From Hydrolagus colliei (Eukaryota): 64,000 nt of DNA. The position numbers and the translations under genes were made by a program. Every line of letters begins with the position of its first letter. Positions within the stretch are counted from its first letter, which is position 1. The notes beneath the pieces were generated by a model. That model ran no database searches and had not been told where the DNA came from. It was given only the letters and a program-made list of their open reading frames with translations. The DNA is taken from contig CM068745.1 of NCBI GenBank assembly GCA_035084275.1, positions 63,116,001 to 63,180,000 on the forward strand, read 5' to 3'. Below are positions 63,271 to 64,000 of this stretch, in pieces.

Positions 63271-63859
63271 TACTCGTATCTGAGGTGCAGGCTAATTTTA
63301 GAGAATTTAGGAAAATAAAGGAACTGTACTATAGTTCTAAAACACCAATGGATTTAAATCCCACTTTAACACTAAAGGTACTTTTTTGATATAAAAATTA
63401 TATACAGTACATTAGATGTGAGTAAATATAATGAATGCACTGAACTATTTGAAGAGGGAAACATTGATATTCCAGCAAAAGTGTTGGCAGGCTATTTCGT
63501 CGACTGTAACAATTTGAGCAACAATATCAGTAAAAGCAATATGGAAACGCTTTAGACTTGATGGAATCTGTAGGAAGACAATATACATGTTTTTTCTAAC
63601 AGGACAGTATAATTAAGATGCTTAATTTTGCTGTTAGCTTTTATAAAATGAAAAAAGGATGCATGCCATCAACTGCAATGTATTTCTGATAGAAACAGAA
63701 AAGTTATGCGAAAAACAATTTTAGTCAAAGTAATCCTTTTTAACATGAATTGGATAAAACACTGTTTATATTGTGTAACAAGAGTGGTACAGTGTTCTAG
63801 ATCCTGAAATAAAGTGCAGTGACCAAGCACCTCTTGTCCCTACTCTTTATTTCAGGGCC

Positions 63860-63950
63860 CAGAATAACACAAATCTGTTTCTAATACACTTGTGGGTATT
63901 AGGTGAGGACAGGATCAGGCTTGGCTGTGATGCAGCAAATAGCCTGCCAA
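63860..63950 (+). mobile_element. Fragment of the same old SINE-like family as 390-705
   Basis: GTGAGGACAGGATCAGGCTTGGCTGTGATGCAGCAAATAGCCTGCCAA. Confidence 0.45.
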
Positions 63951-64000
63951 TAATAATTATTATTTTGTTTGATATAACGCCCTATCACGGTGTTGAGACA

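Overview
AT-rich, repeat-rich vertebrate genomic DNA that is almost entirely non-coding. The repeat content points to a cartilaginous fish, probably a holocephalan such as Callorhinchus: L2 and CR1 LINE fragments, tRNA-headed Deu-domain SINEs, a SacSINE1-like family and shark-type Penelope termini. This assignment is inferred from recalled repeat consensus sequences, not from a search. No complete host gene is present. The only host coding candidate is a short minus-strand terminal exon at about 15.2 kb, possibly with a 51-nt exon just upstream, so most of the window to the right may be one very long intron. That region holds TE-poor, enhancer-like blocks and a candidate recursive splice site (CAG|GTAAGT plus a 42-nt RS-exon) at 54.6 kb. 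The best-supported unusual elements are (i) a 1.24-kb non-autonomous CACTA/EnSpm-like transposon with CCCATATGGG palindrome arrays and an internal GC-box/CRE/X-box cluster, (ii) a gag-protease-only Gypsy-like LTR element, (iii) a non-autonomous Helitron with two tandem 5' ends, and (iv) an old element with 71-bp inverted arms. Nearly all listed ORFs are spurious or decayed TE fragments. I see no clearly new biological system, only these leads. Repeat boundaries are approximate (about 10-30 bp) unless termini or TSDs are given.
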